Below are positions 13,201 through 24,378 of a stretch of 64,000 nucleotides of DNA, piece by piece; positions within the stretch are counted from its first letter, which is position 1, and every line of letters starts with the position of its first letter. The notes under the pieces were generated by a model. The model was not told the DNA's origin. It was given only the letters and a program-made list of their open reading frames with translations, and did not search any database. The stretch lies in UHGV virus genome UHGV-0023958; one strand, written 5' to 3'. Both the position numbers and the translations under genes were made by a program. Source of the DNA: a virus.

Positions 13201-14339
13201 TAACTTTTGATCAGAATAAAGGTATCGAATTTACGACGAGGGTTACAATAGACAGTTATCAATACTCGGCAGAATTTCTAAACGTTGTTATTAATACAGA
13301 TGGCGGAAACACAAAGAACTTGGTTTTGAAACCAGAAGATTTATATATAAGTTCTAATGATTGGCCAGAAGGTTATAAAGTTGGTTTCCCGAATTATGAG
13401 TGCTATAAGATTGGTAATTATGCTATCGGGGAAAATCCGAACGTATATGTTTATGGGAATGTAACAACCGATTTGTTCCCTAATTCTGATTCTTATAATT
13501 CTTGTATTAAATATAATAATTACTATATATCTTATATTCCTTCGAACGTAGTTCCCCTTGGAGCTAATAAACCTTCTATAAATATTCCAAATTCTTGGTA
13601 TTTTATCAATTATGATGAAGAAAATAGTGTTAAAGATATAATAAGTGATAAACCGATAAAGATAAATAAGATGATTTATGCTTTAGATGATCCCGATGGG
13701 CTATAGAACAAAGATGTATTTTATAATTTGCCAATATTTATAAGAAACGATTTATCTTTAAGCGGGAAAACAATAGAAAATTTACCTGATGGAACTAAGG
13801 TTTATAGTCTTTGGATGGATAAAAACGATGAGATAATTATACCAACAATAGTTGCTATAAATGAATCTGCTAATACTTTTTACTATTGTTATAGAAAAGT
13901 CAATAATCATCAAGAGGATATATCAGATAATATCTGGGAAGATACAAAAGAAAACGGAGAAGATAATATTTGGGAAGACGAAATTACAGTAGAAGATACT
14001 CAATCTGACCATTTAAAAAATAAAGATGGCTCGTTGAATACGATTAGAAATCGTTTGTATGGCAAAGTTTTATATTTTTATGTTCAGTGGAGCGGAAAAG
14101 AAAACGACGATATCACATACGGCATTGTTGGAAATGTATCACAAAGAGTAATAGATGTTGATTCTGAATTGTCGTTGACTTCTGTTAATCCAGTTGAGAA
14201 CAGGGTAATTACAACTGCTTTAAATTCAAAATTAGATACAACAACGTTATCTGATTAGAACACATTTGGTATATTTAAATGTTATACAGATAAATTTGGA
14301 ATATTAACTTTTGTTACTGGGGAGGGTGAAAATGGCTAA
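10203..14339 (+). CDS. Large tail / host-specificity protein of about 1378 codons with at least 8 in-frame TAG codons.
   Basis: ORFs 10203-10529, 10950-11339, 11802-12623, 12645-13706 and 13728-14258 are all in frame 0 with only TAG between them. The TAG at 14256 is followed in frame by TAA at 14337-14339, overlapping the next ATG as ATGGCTAA. Confidence 0.55.
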
Positions 14340-15927
14340 TATTAAGATAGGTATAAGTAGCGGTTATAAACCACAAGATTTTGGTGATCCTTCAAGAAAA
14401 TCAAGAGTTTCTTATTTATATGCTTATAACAAAGACGAATCTTCTCCGTCAAATAGAAATTTTCCAGCGATTTTTTCAAAGAAAGCATATAATGATATTA
14501 TGAACGACGAAAATAAAGATTTTTTATTGTTTGCGTTGAACTATACAGCTGAAAAAGTCAACGGTTTGACAATGCCGCTCCCAGATGGAATTGTTTCAGA
14601 AGGATTAAAAACGTTTCCGCAAAGGTCTATTTATAAAAGAGAAGTGTGGAGAGATGATGACAACCAGGTGCATTATGAAAAAATATTACACCCGGTTGTT
14701 TTACAAAACAATGTTTCTCGTGTTATAGACTATAATGTAACAACAAATAGAAATTATGAATATATAATTTATTTGACAGATCAAAGAGGAAGTCAAACTA
14801 TCCAAAGAGAAATACATTTCCCAATAACAACAAAGTGGGATTATTGGTCTATTTCTGAATTACATAGAACAAGCGAATAGAATGTTTATACAACATCCGA
14901 AAATGAAACGTGGTTATTTAAATTTAATGTTGAACCGGGGGAACAACAGCAGAATGTTTCTAAATCGCAACAAGATACGCTTGGTAAATACCCTGCTTTT
15001 TCTTATGGAAAAAAGAATTATACCACAAGTTCTGTTTCTTGTTTGCTTGGCTCCGAAATGCTTCCCTTTGACTTTTTAACAACGAATTATGTTCTTGTAA
15101 GAAACGAAGATGGTAGCGTTTCATGGGGTTTGGCGCAAGATGTCAGTGAGGTATATGGCGGATATACAGAATCTCGTTGGAAGAAACTATTAGATCAATG
15201 CGGAATGAACGAACGTGTTGTTAATATTTTTGACACAAAAATCACATCTAATGACAGTGTTGATATGTTGAATGAGTGGAAGAAATTGTGCAATTCTGGA
15301 AACCCGAAGTTGTATAAAAATTCCAAAGGTCAGTCGTTTATTATACAGATAACCGAATTTTCAAATTCAATTAATGAATCTTGGGATAAACAGCCGATAA
15401 CTATCAATTTTAGTTGGACAGAAATTGCAGATGCAAGCGATGCAAGAATAATACAAACAACCGAATTCACAACCGATACAAGCGGAAGTGTTTCTGGTGG
15501 AGGAGATGAGCCAGTGATGGATTATAATATTCTTTCTAATAAACCACAGATAAACGGTGTTGAGTTGGTTGGAAATAAAACGGATAAAGATTTATATCTG
15601 GAAGCAGAAGGTAATATTAAATCTATTTCTGGAACAAGTCCTTCTGTAAAATTAGACAACAACATCACTTATAATCTTGGTTCGATTAACGGATTAACAA
15701 CAACATTTGGTAGTATTAATGACGAATACTATAAAAATCGTCAGTGTTCACAGGCAGAAATTAACTTTACTGCCGCAAGTAATTTCACATATACACCTCC
15801 AGAAAATACAACAATTATAGGTGGAGATGTTGAGGGTGGAAAACTCAGTGCTAAAAAGGGCACTTCTTACAACATAGGATTTGGATATGTTGATAATGTT
15901 ATGTATGCCGTTTGTGGCATTAGATAA
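14332..15927 (+). CDS. Tail / baseplate-associated protein with one in-frame TAG at 14878-14880.
   Basis: RBS ggggaggg then ATG 14332. ORFs 14311-14880 and 15043-15927 share a frame and are joined across TAG. Confidence 0.5.
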
Positions 15928-15937
15928 AATATAAAAA

Positions 15938-16024
15938 GGAGAGGTAAATATGATTTATAATTCATCTTAGTTTTCTTTACAAGGAAGCGGAGAGGTAATT
16001 TCTATTACCTCTCCTTATTTATTT
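15938..16024 (+). promoter_or_regulatory. Alternative RNA structure. The SD ggagaggtaaat (15938-15949) has a copy ggagaggtaat (15989-15999) that forms an 11-bp hairpin with attacctctcc (16004-16014), loop ttct and a U-rich tail.
   Basis: Perfect 11-bp stem inside the first 22 codons of the 15950 gene. Its 3' arm is complementary to the genuine SD. Confidence 0.35.
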
Positions 16025-17200
16025 GATCAATATTATAATTTTTATTATATAGAAGATTATATTAAAAACAAACACATATAGCCGAGATTTAAAATATATG
16101 TTTTAAATGCCGATGAAACCGAGAGATATGAAATTCCAAATGGAGATATTATCAGCGGTAGTTATTCCGAAAACTATCAAAATGGTCAGAGGAGAACGTT
16201 GTCCTTTCAATTAAATAATAATAATGGAGAATATACGCCGTCAATTAATCATTTTTGGACTGGGCAGAAATTTTCTTTTTATATTGGATTCAATATGAAT
16301 AACGATGAAAATAGTGTTATTTGGTTTAGAAAAGGAATCTATTCTTGCCAAAATCAAAGCGTTGATAATTCATCTGATACGAAAACGGTTAGTATAGAAA
16401 CAGCTGATAAATTTTCTGTTTTGGAAGGGAAAAGCGGAACATTGGAGTATTCTTATACAATTAATGTAGGAGAGGATATTGAAGAAGTTATAAACAACAT
16501 ATTAAACACGGACAATGGTTCTGGTTTTATGTTGGATTCAAAAGGCATTGTTTATCATTCTTTATTTAAAGATAAAAAGGTAATTTCTCAAATATCAGAA
16601 TCTGCTGGCGCAACTTACGGTTCAATTATTTTAAAACTTGCAGAAATGCTTTCTGCAGAAGTTTTTTATAATGTCAACGGTAATTTGACGTTAATTCCGA
16701 AACAAGAAGTTATCAACGATTCCGACAAGCCGATTTTGTTTTCTTTTAATGCAGACAACGGGGATTTGATGACACATAATTACAGTTTTTCTTTCGAAGA
16801 TATTGTAAACAAGGTTATTGTTATCGGTTCAAATGTTAATGGAAGCACGTGTAGAGCGACGGCTGTCAACAACTCCGCAGATTCTCCAATCAGTGTATCA
16901 AGAATTGGCTATAGAACAGGATCAATAATTAATGATTCTTCGATTAATTCAGATTATCTTGCGCAGGAAAGAGCTGATTATGAATTAAGAAAAGTAAGTG
17001 TTGCTAAAACAAGTGTAAGTAACACGGCGTTATTGAATCCTTTAATAGAAGTAAACAATTTAATAGAAATTACCGATAATTTTTACGGTATAGAAAACGA
17101 AAAATTCCTTGTTCAATCGATTTCTTTTTCGTTAGATTATAGCGGAACGATGTCGATTTCAAGTTCAAATATAAACAATCTTTCATTTACGAATAGATAA
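15950..17200 (+). CDS. Tail protein with two in-frame TAG codons (15968-15970 and 16079-16081).
   Basis: Strong RBS aaggagagg then ATG 15950. Frame 2 stays open apart from TAG, reaching track ORF 16199-17200. Confidence 0.5.
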
Positions 17201-17210
17201 GGAGGGACGT

Positions 17211-18902
17211 ATGAATAAGACAGAACAAGCAAATGGCTTTTTAAATATAATACGCTCCATTATCAAAGAGGAACAAGATAAGCGCGACAGGGTTGAAATT
17301 TGTCAAATTGATAGCGTAAATGAAGATGGGACAGTAAATATAAAAATGCTTTCAGATTTTGAAACTGTTAGAATAATTCCAAATATTTCAAATCAATCGA
17401 TATATAGTTTTAAAAATGGAGATTTGGCTATTATTTATATGATTCAAAATCAATTATCGAACGCGTTTATAATTGCTAAATGCGGTCCGACAAATGAAAG
17501 TTTAAGAATATCTTCGTCGGATGGTGATACAACTGGCGGAGGCACTGTTATACAAAATATAACATATCAAAGCGGAACTACTAGCGGCGTAACATCTGTC
17601 AATGGTAAAACGGGCGAGGTTACTATTACTGCATAGGATCTTGGAGCAATTACTGAAATTCCAGATGTAACACAAATACAATCAACAGATATTTCTTCGC
17701 TAGTTTATGATACAACAAATGGTGCCGCTTTTGAAATAAATAACAGTATTATCTTTTCAGATGGAACAAAAAATAACCCACTTTTAAAATTCAATTTGCC
17801 CATTATCGGCATCAATGGTATTAGTATAGATAAATCTAATGGTAAAAATGTTCTGGAAATTTCAGGAAAAGATTTGCAAGATTTAATTAATTCTATATCC
17901 TTGACTAGTGGTACGAATAATGGAACTTTAAAATTAACCGTTGGTACAACTATTGTTGATAATATTAAAGTTACGGGTTTTGATAAAAAGCAAGACCAGC
18001 TTAGCGAGAGCCAATTAAATGCTGTTAATTCTGGAATAACTTCAGAAAAAGTAACCACTTATGATGAATACCAGTCTTAGATTAATTCTAAATACACAAA
18101 ACCCGATGGCGGTATTCCGAAGTCAGATTTGTCTTCGGATGTTCAAAGTTCTTTGGTGAAAGCCGATTCTGCCTTACAAACCCATCAGAAAATTACAACT
18201 GGTAGTGCGAACGGAACGATTGCCGTTGATGGGACTGATGTTTCTGTTAAAGGATTAGGTTCTCTTGCGTACAAAAATTCTTTGACAAAAACAGATGTTG
18301 GACTTGGAAACGTTGATAATACATCGGATGAAGCCAAACCAATTTCTACCGCAACACAAACAGCCTTAGATGGGAAAGTAAATACTACAACAACGGTAAA
18401 CGGTCACGCGTTATCTTCTAATGTTACTATTACACAATCGGATGTCGGTTTGGGTAATGTTATTAACGCAGGGCAAGATCCAACACCAACATCCGATTCT
18501 ATAAATTATGTTACTTCTGGTGGTGTTAAAAGTTATGTTGACAACGGGTTAAACAAAAAAGCGGATTTACTAGTTAATGAATCAACGGTTACTACTGTAT
18601 AGTCTGGCCGCTTGTATGAGTTTACTGATATTCACAATCCATTTAGTTTATCTATCAATATGGATACATTTAAAACATCTAATGATGTTTCGCAGATTTA
18701 TTTCACGGCAGCAGCTAATTTTGATGTTGTCCTTAATGTTTCTTCTGGTGTTAGAATAATCGGAGATGGTGTTAATGCGAGTACCAAAAAAATTTCTTGT
18801 GTTAAAGGCAATTCGTATTATTTTACTTTTGGTTATACAAAAAAAGGTGTTTCTATTGTAAGTAATATTGATGCAAATTGGAGTGAGATAGCAACGGTAT
18901 AA
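17211..18902 (+). CDS. Tail fibre protein with GLGNVDNTSD-type fibre repeats and three in-frame TAG codons.
   Basis: ORFs 17211-17636, 17796-18080, 18129-18602 and 18612-18902 are all in frame 0. Repeats TDVGLGNVDNTSDEAKPIS and SDVGLGNVINAGQ. RBS aaggaggg. Confidence 0.6.
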
Positions 18903-19004
18903 TATTTATAATATATAATAATATTATAATATATATATAATAAAATAAAACAAATAAAAAGAAAATAAAGTAACTTTTTATTTTTGAAAATAAGGCGAAA
19001 TCCC

Positions 19005-19033
19005 TTGACTTTGGGGTGATAATATGTTATAAT
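19005..19033 (+). promoter_or_regulatory. Sigma70-type consensus promoter: TTGACT, 17-bp spacer, TATAAT.
   Basis: Exact hexamers and spacer; upstream of dUTPase. Confidence 0.55.
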
Positions 19034-19098
19034 ATACTCCAAAGCCAAGGGTGAAAGTCTTTGGTTTAGAAAGTTTTAAGAAAAGAGGTCAGTTTTAT

Positions 19099-19575
19099 AT
19101 GAGAAGTTTTGAAGAAGTAAAACCAGAATTTAAGAAGTTTCCAAATGTAAAAACTCGTTTGCCAGAAAGAAGCGATGCAAAGTCGGCAGGTTACGATTTT
19201 TATAGTAAGGAAAATTATGTTATTAATCCGAAAGAATCGCACGTTTTTTGGACAGATGTGAAAGCACAAATGTACTTTGATAACGTGCTTAATATATACG
19301 CCCGTTCGGGACTTGGTTGTAAATACGGTGTAGTTCCCAAGAACTGTGTCGGAATTATTGATGCCTCCTATTACGGGAATGAAAAGAATGACGGCGGAAT
19401 CGGTGTTTGTCTCGAAAATAAAGGTGATGAGCCGTATTCCGTGAAAGTTGGCGATCGTATTGCACAGGGTGTTTTCACGAAGTATTATATTACCGATGAC
19501 GATAAATATGTTTATGGGAAGGAAAAAGATAATGGCAGAAAGGGTGGTTTCGGTTCTTCCGACGAGGTGAAATAA
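19099..19575 (+). CDS. dut: dUTP pyrophosphatase.
   Basis: Motifs AGYDF, RSGLG, GIIDASYYG, GDRIAQ and RKGGFGSS; RBS aagagg. Confidence 0.85.
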   Translation: MRSFEEVKPEFKKFPNVKTRLPERSDAKSAGYDFYSKENYVINPKESHVFWTDVKAQMYFDNVLNIYARSGLGCKYGVVPKNCVGIIDASYYGNEKNDGGIGVCLENKGDEPYSVKVGDRIAQGVFTKYYITDDDKYVYGKEKDNGRKGGFGSSDEVK

Positions 19576-19784
19576 TGAAAGTTGTTTTGTATACTGTGCA
19601 TTGTCCAAAATGTAAAATTTTAGAAAAGAAGTTAGAACAATCAAAAATCAAATATGATGTTTGTGAAGATTTGGATTTGATGTTGGCAAAGGGATTTCAA
19701 ACGGCTCCAGTTCTCGATGTTGACGGTAGAATTATGGAATTTAAGGAAGCCGTTCAATGGGTTAAAGAACAAATTGGGGGTTGA
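19575..19784 (+). CDS. nrdH: NrdH / glutaredoxin-like redoxin.
   Basis: CPKC active site in a 69-aa thioredoxin-fold-sized protein directly upstream of nrdD. Confidence 0.5.
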   Translation: MKVVLYTVHCPKCKILEKKLEQSKIKYDVCEDLDLMLAKGFQTAPVLDVDGRIMEFKEAVQWVKEQIGG

Positions 19785-21706
19785 TGCGTATGGAAATAAG
19801 TATTAAGCTTGATTCGGATTTCGAAGAACAAATTAAGTATTTAAAAAACAAATACGGAGATGAAATTACAAAAATCAATGGATTGTCAGATGGGCAATTA
19901 GATTATACTCACTTTATTGACAATTTTATTGATAGTGACAATGTTGCAAATGCCACAATTGATCCAAATGCAAATGCTGGCACTAAAGATGTCCGTGGTT
20001 TACTTGATGAAATGAATAAACCACATTCGAAATTGTTGAGTTTAAATAAAATATACTATGAGGTCAAGAAAAAATACGGAAAAGAATTAGCTAATAAATG
20101 GCTCGAAGATGAATGGTCTGGTGCTTTATATTTGCATGATGCCCCGTCATCATCTTTTTATTCTTATTGCTACGCTTATGAGTTACAGGGTTTGGCAGAA
20201 AAAGGTTTGTATTTTTTGCCAAAAAGTAACACCGAACCTCCGAAACATTTAACAACCTTTTTCGCTCATTTACGAGAATTTATTGTGTGGGTATCCAATA
20301 GAACCGCTGGTGCGTGTGCGCTTCCAAGCTTTTTCGTTTATTCCTGGTATTTTTGGAATAAAGATGTTCAATCTGGATATTATTTAAAAGATCCCGAATA
20401 TTATAGAAGACAGATGTTTCAGCAATTTATTTTTGAAGTAAATCAAATTCATACAAGAATTGTTCAAAGTGCTTATACGAATTTGATTATTATGGATAGA
20501 AATTATATTACTGAAATTTTTGGCGGAAGAGAATTTCCAGATGGAAGTTTAGTAATTGATCACGTTGAAGACATTATTGAACATCAAAAAGCGTTTATGG
20601 AAACCGAATGTGAAATTAGAAAACAGGTATTCCATACATTTCCAGTTTATACGTATTCCCTTCTTTATCAAAATGGAAAATTTGTAGATGAAGAATTTGC
20701 GCGTTGGTGTAATAAACAAAATCTCCAATGGTATGATAGTAATTTTTATGTTGGAGATAGCGTTACTAATCTTGCTTCGTGCTGTAGAATGTTAAACGAT
20801 TTGACAAAACAGAAACAATTCCAGTCAAGTATTGGCGGAAGTCTTGTTGAAATCGGCTCCGTCAAAGTAAGCACAATTAATCTTATGAGAATTGCCATTG
20901 AATCAAATGGTGATAAAGATAAGTTTATTGAAATTTTAACCGATAGGGTTAAAATGAATATGTTTGTTCTTGATAGAGTTCGTCATATTATTCAAAGGAA
21001 CATAGAAAAGGGGTTACTTCCAAATTATTCGTACGGTGTTATTAATTTGGAAAAACAAACCACGACTAATGGTTTAACTGCAATGTATGAAGCCATTGAA
21101 AAAATGGGAATGACAGAAACAGATGAATTTGGTTATGTAAAATATACCCAAGAAGGAATTGATTTTGCTAGTAAAATAATGGATACCGTAAATTATTTGC
21201 AAGATCATGCTGGTTTTGATTATAATGTTTCTCTCGAAATTATTCCAGCAGAATCTGCAAATGTGAAATTGTGTAAAAAAGATAATATTTTATATAATTT
21301 ACATGATAAATTTATTTATTCTAATCAATGGACGAGTTTAATGGCAAAATGTAGTATGAAAGAAAGAATTAAACTTTCGTCTCTTCTCGACAAAAAAGCT
21401 GGCGGTGGTCAAATACTTCACATTTCATTGGAGGGTGCAAGATTAACAGAAGAAGAGAGTTGGAATATGTTAAATTATATTGCTAAAAGTGGTGTAATTT
21501 ATTTTGCATTTAATCCAAAACTTTCCTTATGTGAAAAACAACATACTTTCTTTGGCGATGTTTGTCCTATTTGTGGAAGACCAAAGGTTGACGAAGCAAG
21601 TAGAATTGTTGGATATTTGGTTGCTACTTCTACGTATTCCAAAGATAGAAAAGAGGAATATGAGAATAGAAAATGGTATGCAATTGGCGATGACCAATAT
21701 TTATAA
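19784..21706 (+). CDS. nrdD: Anaerobic ribonucleoside-triphosphate reductase, class III.
   Basis: About 640 aa. C-terminal Zn ribbon CPICGRP and glycyl-radical-like SRIVGYL. Confidence 0.8.
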   Translation: MRMEISIKLDSDFEEQIKYLKNKYGDEITKINGLSDGQLDYTHFIDNFIDSDNVANATIDPNANAGTKDVRGLLDEMNKPHSKLLSLNKIYYEVKKKYGKELANKWLEDEWSGALYLHDAPSSSFYSYCYAYELQGLAEKGLYFLPKSNTEPPKHLTTFFAHLREFIVWVSNRTAGACALPSFFVYSWYFWNKDVQSGYYLKDPEYYRRQMFQQFIFEVNQIHTRIVQSAYTNLIIMDRNYITEIFGGREFPDGSLVIDHVEDIIEHQKAFMETECEIRKQVFHTFPVYTYSLLYQNGKFVDEEFARWCNKQNLQWYDSNFYVGDSVTNLASCCRMLNDLTKQKQFQSSIGGSLVEIGSVKVSTINLMRIAIESNGDKDKFIEILTDRVKMNMFVLDRVRHIIQRNIEKGLLPNYSYGVINLEKQTTTNGLTAMYEAIEKMGMTETDEFGYVKYTQEGIDFASKIMDTVNYLQDHAGFDYNVSLEIIPAESANVKLCKKDNILYNLHDKFIYSNQWTSLMAKCSMKERIKLSSLLDKKAGGGQILHISLEGARLTEEESWNMLNYIAKSGVIYFAFNPKLSLCEKQHTFFGDVCPICGRPKVDEASRIVGYLVATSTYSKDRKEEYENRKWYAIGDDQYL

Positions 21707-21711
21707 TAAAA

Positions 21712-22665
21712 ATGGACAACAGAAGATTATCAACTATTGAAAATGAAAGAGTAAAATTAGATTATAATATTGTTAAAAATAAAATGGTTGATTGCAAAAA
21801 TCAAAAAGATTTAGCAAAACAACTTGGTTGTGGTGTTAATAAATTAAGAGAATATTTGATTGAAAACGAATTATATGATGAATATTGTTCTATTCATAAT
21901 ATTCCAAATAAAGCAAGAAAAGAAATTGTTTGCTGTGTTTGTGGTGAAAAGAAATCTGTTTATTTATTGAACGAAAAACCATATTGTAAGAAACATTATA
22001 ATCAAATGTATCGATATGGCAAAATATATGAAAATACAATATATGATAAAAATGAATATATTTTTGAAGAAGATATTGTAAAAATCATATTAAAAGATAA
22101 ATATCAAAATTATAAAAGCGAATCAATCATAGACGTTTCCGATTATGAAAAGATTTGTAATTACAAGTGGTACGAATCTTATGGATATTGTGTAACGAAA
22201 AGTAATAATTGCGATGAAGGTATTGATATAGCAAATATTCTATTTGATAATTATGCAGATAGATTCGATCATCAAAATCATAACAAATTAGATAATCGTA
22301 GGTGCAATTTGCGACCAGTAACAGCACATCAAAATTCAATGAATATGGGCAAAAAATGCACGAATACTTCAGGAGTTACTGGTATACAAAGACAAAATAA
22401 AACAAGTGAAAAGTGGATTGCAACTATAGCTTATAACTATAAACCCATATGGCTTGGGGTTGATTATAGTTTCGACAGAATGGTAATCGAAAGATTAAAA
22501 GGGGAAGCAAAATATTTTAAAGAATTTTCTCCAAATTATAATTTAGAGAAAAAATTAATATGTTTAAATTATGTTTCCAGAGATGATAACTTGAATCATT
22601 ATATAGAAATGGATTTAAATGGAAATATTATAACAAATATTGTTGTTTCTAATGATTTAAAATGA
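21712..22665 (+). CDS. HNH homing endonuclease with an AP2 DNA-binding domain, inserted between nrdD and nrdG.
   Basis: HNH motif NRRCNLRPVTAHQNSMN and an AP2-like SGVTGIQRQNKTSEKWIATI; Cys-x2-Cys pairs. Confidence 0.6.
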   Translation: MDNRRLSTIENERVKLDYNIVKNKMVDCKNQKDLAKQLGCGVNKLREYLIENELYDEYCSIHNIPNKARKEIVCCVCGEKKSVYLLNEKPYCKKHYNQMYRYGKIYENTIYDKNEYIFEEDIVKIILKDKYQNYKSESIIDVSDYEKICNYKWYESYGYCVTKSNNCDEGIDIANILFDNYADRFDHQNHNKLDNRRCNLRPVTAHQNSMNMGKKCTNTSGVTGIQRQNKTSEKWIATIAYNYKPIWLGVDYSFDRMVIERLKGEAKYFKEFSPNYNLEKKLICLNYVSRDDNLNHYIEMDLNGNIITNIVVSNDLK

Positions 22666-23138
22666 AAATCAAACAATTAATATATGAAGATTTTGTCAAT
22701 TATAAAAAACCATCATTGTTCTTGGGAACTACCGCCTGTAGCTTTAAATGTGAGAAAGAGGCTAATTGCATTGGAATGTGTCAAAATTCAGATCTTGTTA
22801 AAAGCAAAACAATTGAAATTGATAATAAGATTCTAATCGATAGATATTTAAATAACGGTATTACGGAAGCCGTTGTTATTGGTGGATTAGAACCACTTGA
22901 TACATTTGAAGATACTTTGCAATTCATTAAAGACTTTAGAGAAAAATCGGATGACGATATTGTTATATATACAGGTTTTAATGAAGACGAAATTGAAGAT
23001 AAAATAGTTATTTTAAAAAAGTTTAAAAATATTATAGTGAAGTTCGGGCGCTATCGTCCGAACTTCCAAAAGCATTTTGATGAAGTGCTTGGAGTGGAAT
23101 TGGCTTCTCCAAATCAATATGCTAAGAGAATGAGTTAA
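22662..23138 (+). CDS. nrdG: Anaerobic RNR activating protein-like; the Cys cluster CSFKCEKEANCIGMC is atypical.
   Basis: Size and position downstream of nrdD; N-terminal Cys cluster. Confidence 0.4.
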   Translation: MKIKQLIYEDFVNYKKPSLFLGTTACSFKCEKEANCIGMCQNSDLVKSKTIEIDNKILIDRYLNNGITEAVVIGGLEPLDTFEDTLQFIKDFREKSDDDIVIYTGFNEDEIEDKIVILKKFKNIIVKFGRYRPNFQKHFDEVLGVELASPNQYAKRMS

Positions 23139-23159
23139 TTTTAAACAAGGAGGTTGTTT

Positions 23160-24365
23160 ATGGAAAACGTATTGATTGAATTTAAAAATAAAGCTAAAAA
23201 GCAAAACATTATTAAGGCAGGGTTGTGTTCTGTAGCAATCTCCTTGTTATTTAATATTCCGTTTTTGATAGCTTTTTGGATTATGGATTATAAATATAAA
23301 TTTATAATTTGCGCTGGAATTTTTATTGTCGGAATCTCCGTTTTGTTTCCAGTTTTATATTTCAAAAAGTTTAAATATACCGAAATTCAATTAGCAAAAA
23401 TAATTGACGATCTTGGTTTAGAAGAACGTGTTTTGACAATGATTGAATTAAAAGATAATAATTCTTTTATTGCAAAGAAGCAAAAAGAAGATACGTTGAA
23501 CGTCCTGAAAACCGTAGAGGCGAATGATTTAAAAGGAAAATATAAAAAACAATCATTTCTTTCGATATTTTCAACTGCATTGGCATCTTTGGTAATTGCT
23601 TTATCTTTAATGTTTCCAAATATTAGAGAAACTATTATCGCTCGCGGAGAACCAAAATATACAATTGAAGTGTCTGCAGAAGGTCTCGGTTTTGTGATTG
23701 ATTATTCTAAATATGAAAATCAATCTTTGATAAATGCCGTTTCTAAAAAACAAGAACAAGATGAAATCAATAAAATTAACAATAAAGAAATAGTTGAATT
23801 AAAACAATTCCCGACTGTATTTTCAAATAGAATTTCCGTAAATTATAGATGTTTCGAAGATATTGATGCAACTATGGTTTTAGACGGTGCCAACTTTGCA
23901 GATGTTTCTTATAGAATACAATCCGATGAAACACATATTTTAATGGCACTTCCTTATAAAGGATATGTGTTTGTTGGTTGGTCAGACGGTTGTGCTTCTC
24001 CGTTCAGAGAAATTGACAATTATTCCACCGACTTGATTGCATTGTTCGATGAAGTAAGTTCCGTAGGTGAAGACTTACCAGATAAACAAAAAGAACCGGG
24101 AGACAAAGATGGATCTGATGGTGGTGAGTCTGATGGAATTGGACCCGAAGGAAATGGAACCGGTAAAACAAACAATGATAATAGTTGGGGCGATGGAGCG
24201 AAAGGTTCGCCAGCAAATCAAGTAATTAACGGTGAAACTTATTATGGTGATATTTTTAATCAAAGCTATCAAGAGGCTGTTGAAAGAATAAAGAATGATA
24301 CAAATTTAACAGATGCACAAAAGAAAGCTATAACTGATTACTTTGAATCAATAAGAAAAAATTAA
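23160..24365 (+). CDS. Membrane protein with two or three N-terminal TM helices and a Gly/Asp-rich C-terminal region.
   Basis: RBS aaggagg then ATG 23160; hydrophobic segments. Confidence 0.4.
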   Translation: MENVLIEFKNKAKKQNIIKAGLCSVAISLLFNIPFLIAFWIMDYKYKFIICAGIFIVGISVLFPVLYFKKFKYTEIQLAKIIDDLGLEERVLTMIELKDNNSFIAKKQKEDTLNVLKTVEANDLKGKYKKQSFLSIFSTALASLVIALSLMFPNIRETIIARGEPKYTIEVSAEGLGFVIDYSKYENQSLINAVSKKQEQDEINKINNKEIVELKQFPTVFSNRISVNYRCFEDIDATMVLDGANFADVSYRIQSDETHILMALPYKGYVFVGWSDGCASPFREIDNYSTDLIALFDEVSSVGEDLPDKQKEPGDKDGSDGGESDGIGPEGNGTGKTNNDNSWGDGAKGSPANQVINGETYYGDIFNQSYQEAVERIKNDTNLTDAQKKAITDYFESIRKN

Positions 24366-24378
24366 AGGAGTATTATTT

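Noticed and set aside
14882-15079. 65-aa ORF in another frame between two track ORFs.
   Set aside because: It lies within the 14332-15927 gene, which is continuous across a single TAG; it is an alternative-frame artefact.
19066-19644. 192-aa minus-strand ORF, and many other minus-strand ORFs of 60-250 aa (e.g. 1487-1804, 27735-28211, 41466-42221).
   Set aside because: They fully overlap well-supported plus-strand genes, lack RBSs and have low-complexity AT-codon composition. They are open frames expected by chance in a 32% GC genome.
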